From positions 372 through 64,371 of IMG/VR virus record IMGVR_UViG_3300021197_001179: a DNA stretch of 64,000 nucleotides; one strand, written 5' to 3'. Every line of letters starts with the position of its first letter. Within the stretch, counting starts at the first letter, position 1. This document shows, one piece after another, positions 9,083-17,887 of this stretch. The translations under genes and the position numbers were made by a program. A model generated the notes under the pieces. It was not told the DNA's origin and did not search any database. It saw nothing but the letters and a program-made list of their open reading frames with translations. The stretch is from a virus (lineage: Duplodnaviria; Caudoviricetes).

Positions 9083-9606
9083 GTTAATGTTATAAGGTCG
9101 TACAATTCTCCATTGCAGTTCATGTCTTCGTATAAGTTATGGTCTTCAATACCTAAGTCATCAAATAGAACTGCTAGTTCGTTATGATCCCAATTTCCCA
9201 AAGGTTTTGTCCTCCAGTTGTCGCAGAAGTCATCGTAGAAACTAGCAAAACCGTCTCTAGATTTGAATCTATCTTCAACTATTTTCTGAGCAAACTCCTC
9301 TTCTAGAAACTGCTCGTGAACATGATGCAATTGTACAATTGGAATCTCAACAAAAATTCTGTCAGTACCATAGTTGTAATACTTCGGTCTTCCAAGAGCC
9401 TTAAACTTCATCTCTAGTTCAAATCCATGTTGATCTTCAACTTGCTTGGCAAAACGCTCAACGTGCATCTTTGCAAAGCCTTCGTAATCTATTTCTGCAT
9501 GGTGTTCATCATGCGGATCCAGTTGTTCTACTGCATCGTGCAGTAAGTCCATTGGGTAACTCTCGTAAAACCCACTAAAAGGTATTCTTACTTCTCTAGT
9601 TTTCAT
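9079..9606 (-). CDS. hypothetical acidic early protein
   Basis: 175 aa with IPFSGFYES, PKYYNYGTDRI, SRDGFASFY. Confidence 0.75.
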   Translation of the reverse strand: MKTREVRIPFSGFYESYPMDLLHDAVEQLDPHDEHHAEIDYEGFAKMHVERFAKQVEDQHGFELEMKFKALGRPKYYNYGTDRIFVEIPIVQLHHVHEQFLEEEFAQKIVEDRFKSRDGFASFYDDFCDNWRTKPLGNWDHNELAVLFDDLGIEDHNLYEDMNCNGELYDLITLT

Positions 9607-9896
9607 GCTTCCTGATTAAAAAATTCATTAACACTATCCTCATTACTCCAAAACCTCTTACAGTTAAGGTACGTACCCTTTGAGCCTGGAATCAACTCAT
9701 CTCGGCTAGGTATGCGATTGCCATAGTAATCGTTTCTAGCTTTCTTAGGTAACATACATACACCAATCTCTAAGAGATTCGCTGCGTGTCTTCCAACACT
9801 ACCTTCCAGATTCCAACAGTCACCAGAGTTAATCATTGCTTGAGTGCCATCGACATTGTAGTCTCTCTGCATCTGTTTTATTTGTGCGTAGTTCAT
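9603..9896 (-). CDS. hypothetical early protein
   Basis: 97 aa, ATGA overlap with neighbour. Confidence 0.75.
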   Translation of the reverse strand: MNYAQIKQMQRDYNVDGTQAMINSGDCWNLEGSVGRHAANLLEIGVCMLPKKARNDYYGNRIPSRDELIPGSKGTYLNCKRFWSNEDSVNEFFNQEA

Positions 9897-10096
9897 GCTT
9901 CCTGTAGGTCAGTCGGATTCTCACTTCCACACACTAAGCAAGTGGTCTGTGAAATAACAGGCGTGTCAGCTTCACATGGATCACAATATTTATAGTCTAA
10001 GCCTAGCTTATTAGCGTAATCATAGACTTTACTTGCTCCATCCTTGGTGTAAATCTGATAAGCCTTCTCATAAATCAATCTGTCTGAATCTTTCAT
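9893..10096 (-). CDS. small zinc-ribbon protein
   Basis: CDPC...CLVC. Confidence 0.65.
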   Translation of the reverse strand: MKDSDRLIYEKAYQIYTKDGASKVYDYANKLGLDYKYCDPCEADTPVISQTTCLVCGSENPTDLQEA

Positions 10097-10158
10097 GCTT
10101 TCTTGTTTTTAAATATTAAGTTGAATACTGGAATTAATACTATTGCTTTTTTTTGGTA

Positions 10159-10470
10159 TTAAGAAAGAATGAATGAAGTAATCTTGTAAGATGTGCCTCC
10201 CATCTTGAACTCTTGGAGCGTATCGAAGTTGATCATTCTATAATCACCTTTATGCACATCGTACACCGAAATCAATCCACGCTCAATCGGATTGTACTTT
10301 GCGCCCTTGCCGGTTAGACCTTTCCTGACACCTTTACGGCATACCATTTTACGCTCAGAACCATCTTTCTTTGTGAACTTCACGCTGAAGATTCTACCTG
10401 AGTTATAACTGATGATTTTGCCCATTGCTACGGCTGGACTTACCTCTACTGAATTTACCACGTTGTTCAT
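10159..10470 (-). CDS. SH3/WYL-like beta-barrel protein (DUF2693-like)
   Basis: IFSVKFTKKDGSERKM...VYDVHKGDYRMIN; start at 10470 after AAAACAAAAC. Confidence 0.7.
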   Translation of the reverse strand: MNNVVNSVEVSPAVAMGKIISYNSGRIFSVKFTKKDGSERKMVCRKGVRKGLTGKGAKYNPIERGLISVYDVHKGDYRMINFDTLQEFKMGGTSYKITSFILS

Positions 10471-10544
10471 GTTTTGTTTTTTGTGGTGTGTGCCTACTAT
10501 GGATTGAGGGTATTCGGCATCTCCCTTCACTATCATTAGCAAAT

Positions 10545-10581
10545 AAAAAAAGGCAGTCCGTAAGGTATTTACGAACCGCCT
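10545..10581 (-). terminator. intrinsic terminator
   Basis: minus strand AGGCGGTTCGTAA...TTACGGACTGCC then T7. Confidence 0.75.
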
Positions 10582-10586
10582 AATTA

Positions 10587-10979
10587 TTATCCAAATACTA
10601 TCTCATTCATGGTTGCCAACTGGAAGAAAACGTCTCCAGTAATGGCATCATCAGACTCACCAATCAAATCATTGAAGTGATCTGTATAATCCCTAGCCAT
10701 GACCTCTAATGCGCTCTTTACAGACTCCTGAGTAATTGTTCCAAGCCGAGTCTCATCCGAATCCTCAGCATCATAAATGGGTACGTGTGCGCCTTTCTTA
10801 ATCGCAGTCCAGATTGCAGTAGAATAACATGGATCTTCATCTCGTGAGACAATGTTCCTGACGGAAGACATTGAATCATCATTAAGCCAGTACCAGTAGT
10901 TAGAACCACCTTCTAACGCACTAACGAATAGAGTTTCTATTCTATCATCTTCTATTTCAAATGTTGCTTGGATCTTCAT
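10587..10979 (-). CDS. hypothetical acidic early protein
   Basis: 130 aa with ALEGGSNYW and DAITGDVFFQLATMNEIVFG. Confidence 0.75.
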   Translation of the reverse strand: MKIQATFEIEDDRIETLFVSALEGGSNYWYWLNDDSMSSVRNIVSRDEDPCYSTAIWTAIKKGAHVPIYDAEDSDETRLGTITQESVKSALEVMARDYTDHFNDLIGESDDAITGDVFFQLATMNEIVFG

Positions 10980-11461
10980 GCTTTCTGATTATTAGAGTTA
11001 GTAATGAAGTACCCATCGCCTAAGTTCCCTATCGCGGCATTATACCCTTCGATAAATGCATCTCGTTCATCAGATGTATCAAACTCGTGAATTGATGCTG
11101 ATTCGCAATCAGGCACAATCTTAACTGCATCTTCATACGTAGTACAATTCTCAAATCTATCCTCATCTTCAGAAGATGGTGCAATTAGAATATTGTACTG
11201 GGGCTTATGCATACCCACAAGTAGATCAGGCTCATGCTTTACGACAAACTCAAGGATGGCAATCTGAGCCATCTGTAGCATGGTAATACCATGTTGGTTG
11301 GAAACCAATTCCAAATTATTAATGCAATCCCATATAACCACTCTATTCGCATCTATCGACACGTTGTACTTGGCATAATCATTTTCGTCACACACACAAT
11401 GTATGACATTAATCGCCTGATGTACGGCATTCCAATCGGTATTCAAAAATGACTTTTTCAT
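10976..11461 (-). CDS. hypothetical early protein
   Basis: ORF; likely start MKKSFLN at 11461, downstream of the hairpin element. Confidence 0.7.
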   Translation of the reverse strand: MKKSFLNTDWNAVHQAINVIHCVCDENDYAKYNVSIDANRVVIWDCINNLELVSNQHGITMLQMAQIAILEFVVKHEPDLLVGMHKPQYNILIAPSSEDEDRFENCTTYEDAVKIVPDCESASIHEFDTSDERDAFIEGYNAAIGNLGDGYFITNSNNQKA

Positions 11462-11483
11462 GTTAAATGTTTTAATGAATGAA

Positions 11484-11544
11484 TGTTTTGCACCCCGAAA
11501 CCCCATGTCGATTAAATCACGACATGGGGCATTCAGAGATATGT
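11484..11544 (-). repeat. conserved intergenic hairpin element, copy 1
   Basis: CCCCATGTCG/CGACATGGGG stem, G.U-rich outer stem, followed by GGTGCAAAACA. Confidence 0.7.
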
Positions 11545-11551
11545 TCAGCGG

Positions 11552-12028
11552 CTAAATTAAGAAGTTATCAACCAGTTTTGCAAGTAGTATCATAATAATT
11601 ACCATTACAATCCACTTGGCATACTTCCATTCCATTGCCTGATCCAAGTCTTCCGCTTGGCATGGCACATGGTATACTGTATCCTGAGATCTGATCATTA
11701 ACACCCTTTCCTGATCACGATGCAACCACACATGACTACCGCCTCTTCCGCAACTCCAGTTATCGGAAACAATTTCATTTTCCCGTTCGAAATCTTCCAT
11801 GCATTCTATCGCATCAGCTATATCGCCATGTACAAACCGCAGTATCAAATCAGATTTCAACTCCTCGTTAATTGACTGACATTCTGATATATCACTTGCC
11901 ATGTCAAAATGATTCTCGGCATTAGCATTCCATTGTTCTACCAGTTCGCGAACTCTATTTACCAAAGGATGATTTAGATCGTCAATAGATGGTACTGGCA
12001 TATCGTAATTGATTTCTAGCTTTCTCAT
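11552..12028 (-). CDS. hypothetical protein with C-terminal transmembrane helix
   Basis: 158 aa, WIVMVIIMILLAKLV. Confidence 0.7.
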   Translation of the reverse strand: MRKLEINYDMPVPSIDDLNHPLVNRVRELVEQWNANAENHFDMASDISECQSINEELKSDLILRFVHGDIADAIECMEDFERENEIVSDNWSCGRGGSHVWLHRDQERVLMIRSQDTVYHVPCQAEDLDQAMEWKYAKWIVMVIIMILLAKLVDNFLI

Positions 12029-12030
12029 GG

Positions 12031-12555
12031 TTAGTAGCTTAAATGGTTATCGTCTGTAGGTGTGCCTGATTTAATGCATTCCTTTGCGAACCTGATAACA
12101 GTCTCATCATAATCTCGATTAGCTTGTTCCCAGTATTCAGAATTGTGTACGTGATTGCGAACCACATATGCACAAGCAATGTCATAGATCTGATCGAATG
12201 TTTGAAACAACGTTCCTGATATCAAATCTTCACGTTGTATAACAGAAACTGCTAGTGCAATTTCCTTACAATAGACCTCCTTAAATCGCTCCAAGGCTTC
12301 AATGTACAGTCCAGTATCTAACGTCTTCAGATGTACTTTAGCAGTTAGCTTATTACCATACTCATTAATCATGTGGTTGTAATCTTCCTCCTCGTCAAAA
12401 AATTCGCCATCCACATATTTACTAAGCATATCGCTTTCCAGTACATCGTCACGTTGGTGATATTTGTAGAGGTAGGTACATACAATGTCCCAATAGTTTT
12501 CGGATAGGCTATTTTCAAGGCTATCAACTACGTAGTTTTTCAAGTCAATTTTCAT
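12031..12555 (-). CDS. hypothetical acidic early protein
   Basis: 174-aa ORF with A-rich leader. Confidence 0.7.
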   Translation of the reverse strand: MKIDLKNYVVDSLENSLSENYWDIVCTYLYKYHQRDDVLESDMLSKYVDGEFFDEEEDYNHMINEYGNKLTAKVHLKTLDTGLYIEALERFKEVYCKEIALAVSVIQREDLISGTLFQTFDQIYDIACAYVVRNHVHNSEYWEQANRDYDETVIRFAKECIKSGTPTDDNHLSY

Positions 12556-12593
12556 GTTATTGTTATTATGGTTAGTTACTAATTTATGTTCGT

Positions 12594-12878
12594 TTAATAG
12601 CCTGAGAGCATTCGTTTCTCATCAGATGCATGCTCTCTATCAATTCTATCTAAATGCATTGCACGATCAATGTCAATGGCATCAGAATCAGTTAATTCTA
12701 GTACCTGATATTCGCCTAGGTCATCATCATCAGGGTACATGTCTATTAAATAATCTGTTGCCATTTCAGAACTGGCAAATACACCGTAGTTCTTAAAGTC
12801 TAGCATTAAATTTCCAGCCCAGTCTTTAATCACAAAAAACTGAACACTATCAACATTGGTATTTTTCATGTTACTCAT
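12594..12878 (-). CDS. hypothetical acidic early protein
   Basis: 94-aa ORF. Confidence 0.7.
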   Translation of the reverse strand: MSNMKNTNVDSVQFFVIKDWAGNLMLDFKNYGVFASSEMATDYLIDMYPDDDDLGEYQVLELTDSDAIDIDRAMHLDRIDREHASDEKRMLSGY

Positions 12879-12891
12879 TTTGGTTATGAAT

Positions 12892-12959
12892 TGTTTGTCA
12901 CCTAAAAAGCCGATGCAGAATTAACTACATCGGCTAAGATTAGGTATGTGATTGGATCA
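12892..12959 (-). repeat. conserved intergenic hairpin element, copy 2
   Basis: TGATCCAATCACATACCTAA..AGCCGATG..CATCGGCT..TTAGGTG. Confidence 0.75.
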
Positions 12960-13568
12960 GTGAATTACCAGTCCAACTTTGTTGGTTTCATTGAACCACT
13001 TTGTTGCCATCAGGTCGCTGGACATGGCATCAGCATAGCCAGCCTGATGTAACTCTTCATAGGATTGGAATATACGTGCATGTCGATGTCTCTCTGGATC
13101 TATCATGTGATCTACGGTAGATCCTTCCGAGAAGATGATATCGTAGTTCTCAGGCAAATCTTTCACAATAAACAATGGAATAGATTTGGTATAACTGTAG
13201 AAACGAACGTTAGGTAGCTTCTCAGCAATCTTCATCCACTTGTTAATGTATTCAGGGCTGTAGTAATCGCCTGAGTCATGGACCCTAAGGTATTCTACCT
13301 TGTTCTTTTTGATAGCTTCTACCATGTCATCTACAAAGCTATCTAACTTGGTTTGCTGGTATCGCCAAGCAAATGCTGGTTTCACATTGCTCCATGCATA
13401 TGCACCTTTCTGAGCGTAGCAGAACTTAGCACAAGCTCCAGCAAATGGACATGTTCGTTTGCCAGTATCAGGGTCTTCAAATGCTGGTATACCAAAGTTC
13501 ATGACTTTAGCACCAACAACTTTACTGGTCTTTTTTAACTTGGAATTTTGGGTTAATAATTTAGGCAT
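12957..13568 (-). CDS. Gp88-like protein (radical-SAM-like Cys cluster)
   Basis: LLTQNSKL, TCPFAGACAKFCYA, RVHDSGDYYS, FYSYTK; start MPKLL at 13568. Confidence 0.8.
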   Translation of the reverse strand: MPKLLTQNSKLKKTSKVVGAKVMNFGIPAFEDPDTGKRTCPFAGACAKFCYAQKGAYAWSNVKPAFAWRYQQTKLDSFVDDMVEAIKKNKVEYLRVHDSGDYYSPEYINKWMKIAEKLPNVRFYSYTKSIPLFIVKDLPENYDIIFSEGSTVDHMIDPERHRHARIFQSYEELHQAGYADAMSSDLMATKWFNETNKVGLVIH

Positions 13569-13592
13569 GATTAATAGGTTAAATGTTAGTAA

Positions 13593-13660
13593 TGTTTTGC
13601 ACCTGAAAACCCCATGCAAAATCAATTACATGGGGCAAGATCAGGTATGTGATTGGATCA
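13593..13660 (-). repeat. conserved intergenic hairpin element, copy 3
   Basis: TGATCCAATCACATACCTGA..CCCCATG..CATGGGG..TCAGGTGCAAAACA. Confidence 0.75.
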
Positions 13661-13882
13661 CTTATCGCATTCAGATTTGTATGCTTGATATCCAAGGTAA
13701 ATCATCGGAATGATTACGGCTATAGCCGCTACAATTGCAGTCTTCAGATTAGCTATGGAACTGGCACTAAGATCAGGAGACAATGATCCTGCCGTATAAA
13801 GATCCACTAGGATACACGTATACATAAATAGGATAGCTGGAAGGACTCTAAGGTAGATTGCTTTGATAATTACTTTTTGCAT
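13658..13882 (-). CDS. small two-TM membrane protein
   Basis: two hydrophobic segments in 74 aa. Confidence 0.65.
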   Translation of the reverse strand: MQKVIIKAIYLRVLPAILFMYTCILVDLYTAGSLSPDLSASSIANLKTAIVAAIAVIIPMIYLGYQAYKSECDK

Positions 13883-13902
13883 GGTTACTTGTTTTTGGGT
13901 AT

Positions 13903-13933
13903 AAAAAAACCAGCTGGGATCACTTCCAGCTGG
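13903..13933 (-). terminator. intrinsic terminator
   Basis: CCAGCTGG..CCAGCTGG hairpin then T7 on the minus strand. Confidence 0.7.
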
Positions 13934-13942
13934 CGATTAGAA

Positions 13943-14158
13943 TTAGAGATTGTTGTCGGTGATATCGTGGTTTTCTAGGATTTCAATTACTTCTTGAACT
14001 GCTTTTTGATTGATGTTGAATAACGTAGTATCTTGATCAGTTTTGATATCGCGAATACCACGTTCGATGATCTGCTGGAGAATGATAGATCCCCAGCCTA
14101 GATGATTTTCCTTTGCGATCTTGTTAGATGCTTTCTTAATGGATTGTACTGCACTCAT
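13943..14158 (-). CDS. hypothetical early protein
   Basis: 71-aa ORF with A-rich leader. Confidence 0.65.
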   Translation of the reverse strand: MSAVQSIKKASNKIAKENHLGWGSIILQQIIERGIRDIKTDQDTTLFNINQKAVQEVIEILENHDITDNNL

Positions 14159-14187
14159 GTTTTCTATTGTTTTTGGATTAGTTTAAT

Positions 14188-14403
14188 TTAAGTTAGAAAC
14201 GTAATCATTTTTGTATCAATAAAGGAAGGTATTAAATAGGCATGCCATTCGCCTGAATCTAATTTATATTCGGCTACTTCCTCAGCTATAATTGATGGCA
14301 GTGTAACATATGCACAGTCCTTATATATCTCGTGTTGTTCATCATTTCCCGATACATATACATCGTTGTAATAAACCTTTACTAATTTGCTTGTGTTTTC
14401 CAT
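14188..14403 (-). CDS. hypothetical early protein
   Basis: 71-aa ORF. Confidence 0.65.
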   Translation of the reverse strand: MENTSKLVKVYYNDVYVSGNDEQHEIYKDCAYVTLPSIIAEEVAEYKLDSGEWHAYLIPSFIDTKMITFLT

Positions 14404-14415
14404 TTTGTGTTTCGA

Positions 14416-14652
14416 TTAGTATAATTCAGATGTTTCAATTCTTTTCACTTCGTATGCTGGTAACTCATCGCACCAGCATTGGTACTTATCAAATGCATCT
14501 TGGCATTTGCGATCGATCCTTTCGTACTGCTTGGAATCGTAGCCAAATTCACCATCGATTTCATTTCGCTGGTTATCTAACTGGTTGTACTTAACCAATG
14601 CGCGAATTGCCGCATTGAATGCTCTCTTGTTGATACTGTTTTTTGCTTCCAT
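14416..14652 (-). CDS. hypothetical early protein
   Basis: 78-aa ORF; TACATTGC promoter-like box upstream. Confidence 0.7.
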   Translation of the reverse strand: MEAKNSINKRAFNAAIRALVKYNQLDNQRNEIDGEFGYDSKQYERIDRKCQDAFDKYQCWCDELPAYEVKRIETSELY

Positions 14653-14895
14653 GATTGGATGTTTAAATGTTTGTTTGATCGCAATGTAATAAACATTTCT
14701 GATGTGTTAACGATCCTGATGTATAATGATCTCAGTATAGGTGAAACACAAGAGAATAGTAAGAGACCCGGAAAGAGTTTTTCCAGTATAATGCCAGGCG
14801 AATGCTCGGATCCTGGGAAGCATTTGCAGTTGATAGAATTGCGCGTAATGAATACAACGAGTTGTGAGTTGGTAACAGAAACATGTGTATGGGAA

Positions 14896-15072
14896 TTAAG
14901 AGTTGTTTGTGATCTCAACTTCTCCGATCACCTTGCATCCGAACTGCATCATCTTTCTGCACCAGTTGTGCATGTGACGATTATCGTTGAACGTTTTCTC
15001 AAAGGACTGGTATTGTCCTCTGGAGTTTTTCATATCGATGATGTAGGTTACTTTCTTCTGATCTTTTTTCAT
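14896..15072 (-). CDS. 58-aa first gene of the minus-strand block (not in ORF track)
   Basis: MKKDQKKVTYIIDMKNSRGQYQSFEKTFNDNRHMHNWCRKMMQFGCKVIGEVEITNNS; leader AAAACAAACGAC and TAACGTTG box. Confidence 0.7.
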   Translation of the reverse strand: MKKDQKKVTYIIDMKNSRGQYQSFEKTFNDNRHMHNWCRKMMQFGCKVIGEVEITNNS

Positions 15073-15409
15073 GTCGTTTGTTTTGATGATACAACGTTAC
15101 TGGACGCGATCGTAACCTATTTACGTGGTGAATAACAGATGTGATCTGTTCCATTCAGATGTGTTAACCACCAGCATGATGTCACCAGCAGTAGCCTCCA
15201 GCAGTAGGTCACCAATAGCGGATTGCTGGAACTGGAATTGGTCTCAGAATTTGACCCCCCACCCAGCTGGAGACGGGGGTAGGTTTTGGAGCCGGATCGA
15301 TGCGCCCATGATATATATACTCCACCCTCATGTACCCATTTTATACCCCTCCCAAAAAAAACACACCTCTCACACTAACCGGATCGTTATGATTTATTAA
15401 CTTGCGCCT
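15073..15409. other. non-coding strand-switch region, candidate genome end or packaging region
   Basis: divergent gene blocks; ACCCCC..GGGGGT inverted repeat, ATATATATA, C-rich tracts, short CCAGCA repeats. Confidence 0.5.
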
Positions 15410-15709
15410 ATGGAAGTAGTATTATTATCAGCATTGAGCATTATTGGCTTACAACAAGTTGTAGAGGTCTTAGTTTGGGATTTTACAGGCAAGTCTATTG
15501 ACACGATTATTTATTCTTGGAACACTAAGAACATAAAATGGCAAAAGGTTTTAAAGCCGGTCATTCTTTGTCCTTTATGTATGAGTAGCGTATGGGGTAC
15601 TATCTTTTACTTCACCTTTAGTTTCTTTTATGGTGGTGGAGTCTTGGGATGGATACCTAGCATTTTCGCTATAGCAGGGGCGGTAACAGTTTTAAATAGA
15701 TTACGATAA
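15410..15709 (+). CDS. membrane protein with CPLC motif (DUF1360-like)
   Basis: hydrophobic helices, LCPLCMSSVWG. Confidence 0.65.
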   Translation: MEVVLLSALSIIGLQQVVEVLVWDFTGKSIDTIIYSWNTKNIKWQKVLKPVILCPLCMSSVWGTIFYFTFSFFYGGGVLGWIPSIFAIAGAVTVLNRLR

Positions 15710-15978
15710 TGGAGAAGAACCGGAGGAAGGTATTTAAGTTTTTGCAGGAGTTTGGCATGGATGCTTTGGTTGCAGATGGATTTGATGATGCTATTGTTGG
15801 TGTTGTTTTACAGGATGAGCATCCTAAAGTTGTTTACGATTCTTACAAGTGCATTGACATGCTTATTGAGGAGGGGATGAGTGAAGAGGAAGCGACTGAG
15901 TATTTTGATTACAATGTATCTGGGTCTTACGTTGGTAAGCAGACCCCTATATTTATTTACCCGATATCAGGAATATAA
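15709..15978 (+). CDS. conserved hypothetical phage protein
   Basis: ADGFDDAIVG...EEATEYFDYNVSGSYVGKQTPIF. Confidence 0.8.
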   Translation: MEKNRRKVFKFLQEFGMDALVADGFDDAIVGVVLQDEHPKVVYDSYKCIDMLIEEGMSEEEATEYFDYNVSGSYVGKQTPIFIYPISGI

Positions 15979-15979
15979 G

Positions 15980-16243
15980 ATGGACGAGGAACAAGAATTA
16001 GCATTTAAGTCGATTGTATTTGCACAAGCATTTGTTGACTGTATAGATGAGCTTGAGGGCAGTAGTTTTTACAAGCACAGGGTTAAGCAGTTTGGAAAGT
16101 CTTTTGTAAGTGAGGCAGACAAGTTATTGTCTTCTGCTTATGCCGGACCGGACTTTAATATGGGTTTGGTTTCTTTGCTTGAGGAGTGTCACGATGCTAT
16201 AGAAGAAGTTTTGGAAAGCAAGGTTAAAAAAGACTCAGAATGA
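15980..16243 (+). CDS. hypothetical protein
   Basis: likely start MDEEQELAF. Confidence 0.65.
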   Translation: MDEEQELAFKSIVFAQAFVDCIDELEGSSFYKHRVKQFGKSFVSEADKLLSSAYAGPDFNMGLVSLLEECHDAIEEVLESKVKKDSE

Positions 16244-16542
16244 AAGCTGTAATACGATCCTGGGCTGATAGGCTTGGAGTTGATGATTGGGATATAAGTA
16301 CTGAGCGTATAGATCCTGAACAAGTAGATTACGATGGTGAGAAGTACTTTGTGGGTATAGAGAGGGATTTTGATAACAGGAAGGCTGTCATTTACCACGA
16401 CATTCCATTGGATGAGGAGAGCATAGTCCACGAGCTTTTGCACATAGCTTTTCCGCAGGGTGATGATGAGGATTACTATGAGTACGAGAAGTTTATTACC
16501 AGGACAACGAAGGACACTATATTTTTACACCACCTAAACTAA
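16240..16542 (+). CDS. small zincin-like protein
   Basis: IVHELLHI (HExxH). Confidence 0.65.
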   Translation: MKAVIRSWADRLGVDDWDISTERIDPEQVDYDGEKYFVGIERDFDNRKAVIYHDIPLDEESIVHELLHIAFPQGDDEDYYEYEKFITRTTKDTIFLHHLN

Positions 16543-16543
16543 A

Positions 16544-16723
16544 ATGGAGATAGGAAGCTTAGAAGTTACGAGATATAATTACGAGACAATAGATGGCGAA
16601 CCCAAGATTGTCATATCGATGGTAAAGGTTATTGACAACAAGGGTAAATACGTGAAGTTTGCGAAATTAAAAAACGTAGAACCTTATTTATCAAAGTACC
16701 CTATAACATTCAAAGAGAAATGA
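16544..16723 (+). CDS. 59-aa hypothetical protein (not in ORF track)
   Basis: MEIGSLEVTRYNYETIDGEPKIVISMVKVIDNKGKYVKFAKL..; fills the gap and overlaps the next ATG. Confidence 0.65.
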   Translation: MEIGSLEVTRYNYETIDGEPKIVISMVKVIDNKGKYVKFAKLKNVEPYLSKYPITFKEK

Positions 16724-16929
16724 ACCCACAGCGGCACGTAGAGAGTGTACTTAAACGATGTTTTGAAGTCTATCCATCGAAAGGAAGGAAGCACAGGAAG
16801 TTTTTTAAGAATCTTGTAAGCCAGGGCAGTATGCCTGAGAAGATGGCTGGTATGATTACCAAGATAATTGAAGACCCTAACTGTGTGTACATAGTGAAGG
16901 CTGACGGAACCTTGAAGATTCTTGACTAA
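16720..16929 (+). CDS. hypothetical protein
   Basis: 69 aa, ATGA overlap. Confidence 0.6.
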   Translation: MNPQRHVESVLKRCFEVYPSKGRKHRKFFKNLVSQGSMPEKMAGMITKIIEDPNCVYIVKADGTLKILD

Positions 16930-17006
16930 ACCAAAACAAATGATTGATCAAACCTTAACGGCAATAGCTTTTACTCTTTTGATATTATGCGTATTTTTAA
17001 TTATAG

Positions 17007-17222
17007 ATGCTAAATGCAATGACCGAGACTGAGGAAAGTTACTACAACGCCTACCAGCTATTGATAGGTGCTACAGACTACGATAAGCTTGCAGAGCAGA
17101 AGGTGTTTTATTTGCCTGAGAACCACGAGAATCCTGTTGTAACGCTCAAGTACTATGAAATCACAGAGGACTACGAGAAGTGTCAAGAAATATTAGATTC
17201 ATTGAACGAGAAATACAAATGA
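17007..17222 (+). CDS. hypothetical protein with UVR-like tail
   Basis: YYEITEDYEKCQEI. Confidence 0.6.
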   Translation: MLNAMTETEESYYNAYQLLIGATDYDKLAEQKVFYLPENHENPVVTLKYYEITEDYEKCQEILDSLNEKYK

Positions 17223-17334
17223 GCAAGAGCAAGCCTATAAAGAATTACCGAGAATCAAGGATTTTTGTTAGGGTATTAAAAAAACCAATCCTAGGAGGAG
17301 AGTACACCGGTAAGAGAGCAAAGGACGTAGAACC

Positions 17335-17877
17335 ATGATAGGCGTAGCGATTGATCCGAGCTTGAGTAATACGTGTCTTACTGCGTTTGAATTTGGTGGT
17401 GATTTAGGTGTAGACCTTACCGTCATTGATTCGGTAACAATATCGACACAGAAGAACCAGAACAAGAAGGTTAGAGCCTCTTCAGACCTCATTGAGAGAT
17501 GTGTGGACCTTTACAAGGGTTCTAAACAGTTCATAGAGCGTTACAATCCGCAGATTATATTCGCAGAGACACCGAGTGGTAGTCAATCTGCAAGTGGAAT
17601 GAAGAACTACGGTGTTAGTTGCTTTCTGTTAGCATCATTATCTCAAAGATGCATAGAGGTAACTCCACAGGAGGTGAAGATGGCAAGCGTAGGGAGAAAG
17701 AATGCCAGCAAGAAAGATATGATTGCTTGGGCTTACGAGCAGCATCCGGAGGCTCCTTGGGTTATTAGAAATGACTTTCCACTTATGAAGCAGGAACACC
17801 TGGCTGATTCGATAGGAGTAATACACGCAGGACTACGGACAAAGGAATTTGATTGGATACAACAATGTATTGGCTAA
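17335..17877 (+). CDS. RuvC-like Holliday junction resolvase
   Basis: VAIDPSLSNT, IFAETP, VTPQEVK..GRKNASKKDMI, EHLADSIG. Confidence 0.88.
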   Translation: MIGVAIDPSLSNTCLTAFEFGGDLGVDLTVIDSVTISTQKNQNKKVRASSDLIERCVDLYKGSKQFIERYNPQIIFAETPSGSQSASGMKNYGVSCFLLASLSQRCIEVTPQEVKMASVGRKNASKKDMIAWAYEQHPEAPWVIRNDFPLMKQEHLADSIGVIHAGLRTKEFDWIQQCIG

Positions 17878-17887
17878 ATAAAACGAT

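Noticed and set aside
11484-13660. Integron attC array or CRISPR array
   Set aside because: Only three divergent copies separated by whole genes; no GTTRRRY core sites, tyrosine integrase or cas genes
14659-15400. Plus-strand ORFs 14659..15135 and 15125..15400
   Set aside because: They run antisense to a better 58-aa gene and promoter region or cross the repeat-rich gap, and their composition is not protein-like
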